From NCBI GenBank assembly GCA_050486505.1, contig JBJHDK010000001.1, positions 19,383 through 83,382 of the forward strand: a stretch of 64,000 bases of DNA, in the 5' to 3' direction. The position numbers and the translations under genes are program-made. This stretch comes from Fibrobacteria bacterium. Its GTDB lineage: Bacteria > Fibrobacterota > Fibrobacteria > UBA11236. The notes under the pieces were generated by a model, which searched no databases, had not been told where the DNA came from, and saw only the letters and a list, made by a program, of their open reading frames with translations. The first letter of the stretch is position 1. Each line of letters opens with the position of its first letter. Positions 59,487 to 64,000 of this stretch are shown here, one piece after another.

Positions 59487-60505
59487 GCGCTCTCCGTTCG
59501 GGCCGCTGCCTTCGCGGGGGTGACGAACTGCGGAATGACGCGACCTTCCCATGGGCTGCGGCGGTATTTGCGGATCAGCCACAGGCGCAGGGCATAGTCC
59601 TTGAGGAAGGGGGGGTAGAGCAGGAGGGAGGCGGCGAAAAAGAACAGCCACACCGGCAAGGGGCTCTTCCGTAGTTTGTGCCGCATGTAGCGGCGGAAGA
59701 AAAACACGGCCAGACCGCACAGGCGTTTCTCCCAAGCCGAGGAACGGATGGGAAGCGGTTGTTCCGGGTTCCGTTCCAGCGCGTCGGACCCGGTCGCGAA
59801 ACGATCAAGAAAGAGCCGGTAGCCGTGGTACTGATATTGGCGCTGCAGGAACTTGCCGTTCACTGTAAGGCCGTCATCCCCCACGGCTACGCGAACCAAA
59901 GGTTCCGGCAGGCAGTGCAGCGTTCCGGAGAATGCGGCTCGGGCATACAGGTCGAGATCCTGGGACATGCGGAAGGCGGCGCGATAATTCAGTCCGCGCC
60001 GAAACAGGATGGTGGGGTGCGAGAGCAGGCTTTCACGGGTGAAGAGGCGCAGACGCAATGCGGCGTCATCACGCACAAAGGAGGATGTTCCGGTGGGGTG
60101 TCCACCCGAGAAATAGGCGACCTGGGTGCCGCAAAGAATGCAGTCCGGGTGGGTGTCGAGATAATCCACCTGTCGGCCCAACTTTTCAGGGAGCCAGGTG
60201 TCGCCGGCGTCGATGCGGGCGATGTATGCGCCGCGAGCCTCCTCCACGCCGCGAATCAGGCTGCGGGTGAGGCCAAGATTCTCTTCGTTGAAAAGAACAC
60301 GGACGCGTGCATCCAGACGGGCGGCCTCTTCCAGGATGGCCCGGGTATCATCGCTTGAGCAATCATCGATGACAATCACTTCGAAATCCGCGAAATCCTG
60401 GTCGAGAACGGAATTGATCGCCTCGCGCGCGCCTTTCCCGGCATTCCACGCACTCATGACCACGGAGACGCGAGGGGGGCCAGACACGATCAGTCTTCCA
60501 TCCAT
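59483..60505 (-). CDS. Glycosyltransferase family 2
   Basis: VSVVMSAWN, IDDCSSD, RIDAGD, HPT, QDLDL; start uncertain. Confidence 0.9.
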   Translation of the reverse strand: MDGRLIVSGPPRVSVVMSAWNAGKGAREAINSVLDQDFADFEVIVIDDCSSDDTRAILEEAARLDARVRVLFNEENLGLTRSLIRGVEEARGAYIARIDAGDTWLPEKLGRQVDYLDTHPDCILCGTQVAYFSGGHPTGTSSFVRDDAALRLRLFTRESLLSHPTILFRRGLNYRAAFRMSQDLDLYARAAFSGTLHCLPEPLVRVAVGDDGLTVNGKFLQRQYQYHGYRLFLDRFATGSDALERNPEQPLPIRSSAWEKRLCGLAVFFFRRYMRHKLRKSPLPVWLFFFAASLLLYPPFLKDYALRLWLIRKYRRSPWEGRVIPQFVTPAKAAARTESA

Positions 60506-62421
60506 CGTGCATGCCACATCTGAAACATCAGGGGAAGCCAAAGTCGTTGAATGCGCTCATTGCGCGATTTGGAATCCCGTCCGGTATCGTTCATGTAACC
60601 TGACACCAGCATGTCGACACTGCGTGGGGCGAGAAAGCCCTGCTCTTCGACCCGCTTTGGGCTCAGGTAGGTGTGCAGGTACTCCTTGAGGTCGTCCGCA
60701 AGCCATTTCGAGATGGGAATGCTGAACCCCATCTTGGGACGATCCATGAGTTCCTTGGGGACGTGCCGGTACAAAATTTTCCGAACGATCCACTTGGCCT
60801 CGCCGTCACGCAGCTTGAAGTGCAGGGGCAGGCGCGCCGTCCATTCCGAAAGCCTGTGGTCGAGCACGGGCTCCCGTCCCTCCAGACTCACCGACATGGT
60901 GGCGCGATCCACCTTGGTGAGAATGTCCTCGCTCAGATAGGTCTTGTAATCGAGCGCCAGCATTTTTTCCAGGGGATGCATCTTCGGGTCGAGCCACACC
61001 TGATCCCGAAACGGACCCGGGGAGTCTTCGAAACGGAAACGGAGCAAGCGCTTCAATTCGCGGCTGTTGAAGTAGAACGAGGACCGGCGCAGGATTTCGA
61101 CGGGGGTTTCGTGTTGCAGAATTTCGGCCATCTTGCCGAGGCGCACCGCCGAAGGAGAAAAGTGCGCTGGAAACGCGCCCAGTCCTTCCCAGCCTTCCAG
61201 AAGCTTGCGTGCCACGGGTTGCAGCAGGCCGGGCACGCGCCCCATCGTACGGTGAATGCGCTCGGAGGTCAGGTACTTGGCGTACCCGCAGAATGTTTCG
61301 TCCCCTCCCTCGCCGGAGAGAACGACCTTGACCTTTTCCCGCGCCATTTGTGACACCAGAATCGTGGGAATGGCGGAGCTGTCGCCATACGGTTCATCGT
61401 AGATTTCGGGGAGTCGCGGAATGATGGCGGCTGCATCACGCGAAGTACAGTAATACTCGTGATGGTCGGTTCCGAGGTGACGGGCGATCGCGCGGGCGGC
61501 GGGAGCTTCATCGTACCCCTCTTCTCCGAAGCCGACAGTAAACGTTGAGAGGGGGCGGGATGATTGTTTTTGCAGCAGTGCCGCCACCAGCGCGCTGTCG
61601 TAACCGCCGCTGAGGAACACGCCCACCGGGACATCCGACACCATGCGGTATTGGAAGGCCGAGGTCATCAGCTTTTCGGTTTCTTCGATCGCCTCGGAAT
61701 CCGAAAGTTGAAGGCGCGCTCCGTTGTAGTAGTCGTTGATATCCCAGTAGCATTCCTCACGCAGTTCCTGCCGCCTCAAGTCGAAGGTCAGGAGATGACC
61801 GGGACGGAGTTTCCGCGCGTCCTCGAAGATGCACTGCGGCGCGGGGATGTAGGCGTGCTGAAAGAACGCGCCCAGGGCGTTCAGGTCGATGTTCTTCTCG
61901 AAGCCCGGAACCTTGTGAAACGCCTTCAGCTCCGAGGCGAACAGGAACAACCCGTTCTTGCGATAGTAGTACAGGGGCTTGACTCCCGCGCGGTCGCGGC
62001 ACAGCAACAGCGTGCGGCGGCGCGCGTCATAAAACGCGAAGGCGAACATGCCGATGCACTTGTGCACCGCCGCCTTGCCCCACTCCATCAACGCATGCAG
62101 CAGCACCTCGGTGTCGCCGTGGGTGCGAAAGGCGTGGCCGAGCCCCTCGAGCTCGCGGCGGATCTCCGCGAAGTTGTAGATCTCGCCGTTGTACACGAGC
62201 TGGTACTGGCCGTCTTCGCTCGCAAAGGGCTGGTTGGCATCGGGGGAGAGGTCGAGAATGGAGAGGCGGCGGTGGCCGAGGCCGAGGGCGAAGGCGTCGT
62301 CGCGAACCACCAGGTGACCGTCGGCGTCGGGCCCCCGATGGGCGATGGTTCCCGTCATGCCCCGCAGGGTCGCTTCGTCAAGTCGTCTGCGGGGGTCCAC
62401 AAAACCGGCGATTCCGCACAT
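60490..62421 (-). CDS. asnB: Second asparagine synthetase-like glutamine amidotransferase
   Basis: MCGIAG, HRGPD, NGEIYN, FLSGGYDS, KVDRATM. Confidence 0.93.
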   Translation of the reverse strand: MCGIAGFVDPRRRLDEATLRGMTGTIAHRGPDADGHLVVRDDAFALGLGHRRLSILDLSPDANQPFASEDGQYQLVYNGEIYNFAEIRRELEGLGHAFRTHGDTEVLLHALMEWGKAAVHKCIGMFAFAFYDARRRTLLLCRDRAGVKPLYYYRKNGLFLFASELKAFHKVPGFEKNIDLNALGAFFQHAYIPAPQCIFEDARKLRPGHLLTFDLRRQELREECYWDINDYYNGARLQLSDSEAIEETEKLMTSAFQYRMVSDVPVGVFLSGGYDSALVAALLQKQSSRPLSTFTVGFGEEGYDEAPAARAIARHLGTDHHEYYCTSRDAAAIIPRLPEIYDEPYGDSSAIPTILVSQMAREKVKVVLSGEGGDETFCGYAKYLTSERIHRTMGRVPGLLQPVARKLLEGWEGLGAFPAHFSPSAVRLGKMAEILQHETPVEILRRSSFYFNSRELKRLLRFRFEDSPGPFRDQVWLDPKMHPLEKMLALDYKTYLSEDILTKVDRATMSVSLEGREPVLDHRLSEWTARLPLHFKLRDGEAKWIVRKILYRHVPKELMDRPKMGFSIPISKWLADDLKEYLHTYLSPKRVEEQGFLAPRSVDMLVSGYMNDTGRDSKSRNERIQRLWLPLMFQMWHARWMED

Positions 62422-62567
62422 TCCTGGCCTGCCTGGGTTGAAAGACAATGTCGTTAAAAACGGCGAACCGTGCCCAATTCGTGGCCGAGGCACCCCGGAA
62501 GGCGGTCAAACGGCCAATGGCGCGAAAATGTACCCATTTCGGCCCCGGTTTCCCCCGGGCTCGGCCG

Positions 62568-63380
62568 TCAGGAGCGCAGGCGGGCGCGGATGTACATGTC
62601 GGTGGGCGGCATGAAGAGATACCGCAGCATGCTGCGGTAGCCCGGAACGAAAAGCTTCACGAACTCCTTGAAGGGGTACAGCACCACGGGATATTTCTTC
62701 ACGCGGACGACTTCGAACCCCGCGCGTTCGAGCATCTCGGTCAGAATCTTCGCGGAGGCGAAGCTGAGGTGGTCGGGGAGGCTGTAGGGGCGGTAGAGTT
62801 TATGGGCCGGGAGGTCGCTCACGTCACCGGTTTCGAGGATGAGTTCTCCCCCGGGGTTGAGCAGGTTTTTCAGGCTGCGGATGAATCCCGGAGGGTCGGG
62901 GAGGTGGGAATACACGTTGAGCAGCGAGACCACGTCGTACCGTCCGGCATGCGATTCGATGTCGAAGTATCCGACATCCAGGCCTCGTTTGCGGGCGGAC
63001 TCCTGCTTCTTTTCGTTGGGTTCGCTGCCCTTGACCGTGATGCCGCCCCGCCCGTATTGCATGACGGCGGCAACGAACTCGCCGTGCCCGCACCCCACGT
63101 CGAGCCAGCTCTTGATGCCGGCGACATCTCCCCCGTACAAATCCTCGAGCACCTTCAGGTACCATGTGACCCGCCCTGCGTCGAAGCGGCCGGTGACATC
63201 GAGCTCGTGCTCGCCGGAGTGCTTGCCCTGCTTGTGCGCCTGGGAGATTTGCGTGTCATCGGGCCGATCCTCGACGTACAGCAGGCCGCACCCGGAGCAC
63301 TTGACCAGATGGTAGCCGTTCTCGGAGCCGTAGTCGCTCCGCTCCCCCGAGCCGCAGTGGTAACAGGTCAAAACTTTCAT
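62568..63380 (-). CDS. Class I SAM methyltransferase with N-terminal zinc finger
   Basis: CYHC...CSGCGL, LDVGCGHG, HLPDP, LNPGG. Confidence 0.88.
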   Translation of the reverse strand: MKVLTCYHCGSGERSDYGSENGYHLVKCSGCGLLYVEDRPDDTQISQAHKQGKHSGEHELDVTGRFDAGRVTWYLKVLEDLYGGDVAGIKSWLDVGCGHGEFVAAVMQYGRGGITVKGSEPNEKKQESARKRGLDVGYFDIESHAGRYDVVSLLNVYSHLPDPPGFIRSLKNLLNPGGELILETGDVSDLPAHKLYRPYSLPDHLSFASAKILTEMLERAGFEVVRVKKYPVVLYPFKEFVKLFVPGYRSMLRYLFMPPTDMYIRARLRS

Positions 63381-63481
63381 AAAACTCCCTGGGTCGATGC
63401 GCCGGGGAATCTAGTTATCGGTCGCGGCCTTGAGCCCCGGGCGACGAGCTGCGGCTTCGGCAATACCTAAATTCTCCGTCC

Positions 63482-64000
63482 ATGCCGTTCCTTCGAACAT
63501 ATCACGGAAGCTTTGCCGCAGTCGTTGCCTTTCTCTTCGTGCTCCTGATTCTGGAGACCCTTGCAGTCCTGATCACCAACGGCGGAACCTTCACCTACAC
63601 CCTCGACGACCCCTACATCCACCTCGCCCTCGCCGAAAACATCGCGCGCGGGCACTTCGGCATCAACCCGGGGGAATTCTCCGCTCCTGCGTCGAGTATT
63701 CTGTGGCCGTTTATTCTCGCGCCTTTCGCCCTGCTCCCCTTCGCCGCGTTCGTCCCTTTCATCCTGAACGCGCTGCTCGCGCTCGCCGTTGTGGCGGTGT
63801 TGCATGCCGTGTTGCGCCAGGCCCTCAGGGGCGGCGCGTCGGGCGTGCCCGAATGGGGCGTCGGCCTGCTGCTGGCGGCTCTCGTGGTGGCTTTCAACCT
63901 CGTCGGCCTCGTGTTTGTGGGCATGGAGCACGTGTTGCAGTTGCTGCTGACCGCAACCGTTGTTTTGGGGATGCTGAACATCCTTCGTGCGGGTACGTCC
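63482..64000 (+). CDS. GT-C-like membrane glycosyltransferase, 3'-truncated by window edge
   Basis: Hand translation MPFLRTY...TM...YTLDDPYIHLALAENIARGHFGINPGEFSAPASSILWP; DD motif after TM1. Confidence 0.7.
   Translation, partial: MPFLRTYHGSFAAVVAFLFVLLILETLAVLITNGGTFTYTLDDPYIHLALAENIARGHFGINPGEFSAPASSILWPFILAPFALLPFAAFVPFILNALLALAVVAVLHAVLRQALRGGASGVPEWGVGLLLAALVVAFNLVGLVFVGMEHVLQLLLTATVVLGMLNILRAGTS

Overview
High-GC bacterial chromosome segment. The taxon cannot be fixed from sequence alone; the gene content and TAnnTT-type promoters are compatible with the FCB group (e.g. Fibrobacterota). 1-33.4 kb is mostly housekeeping and signalling genes: tsaC/sua5 (partial), a PAS/GAF hybrid kinase with an NtrC-type regulator, ppsA, an SDR, a trypsin-like lipoprotein behind a sigma54 promoter, smc, a second two-component pair, a C4 zinc-ribbon gene, pth-rplY-tRNA-Gln-ispE, argF, murI, rpsT, argD, aspS, a CNNM/CBS protein, PASTA-TPR-lipoprotein genes and tRNA-His. 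33.9-64 kb is a large surface-polysaccharide locus (WecA-like, SLBB export protein, Wzz, two flippases, a Wzy-like protein, six GT4 plus GT2 and GT-C enzymes, three asparagine-synthetase-like proteins, five methyltransferases and a QueC-like PP-loop protein). The most notable result is a compact module at 21.16-22.91 kb between argF and a hypothetical gene. It consists of an MphR(A)-like TetR repressor, a perfect 8-8-8 palindrome (ATATAACC-GACGAGAA-GGTTATAT) closely matching the mph(A) operator as I recall it, and a radical-SAM rRNA methyltransferase with Cfr-type rather than RlmN-type motifs. This is a candidate antibiotic-inducible ribosome-methylation resistance switch. The window also contains a family of small elements bounded by inverted heptamer arrays, and a nested REP-like array overlapping the end of aspS.
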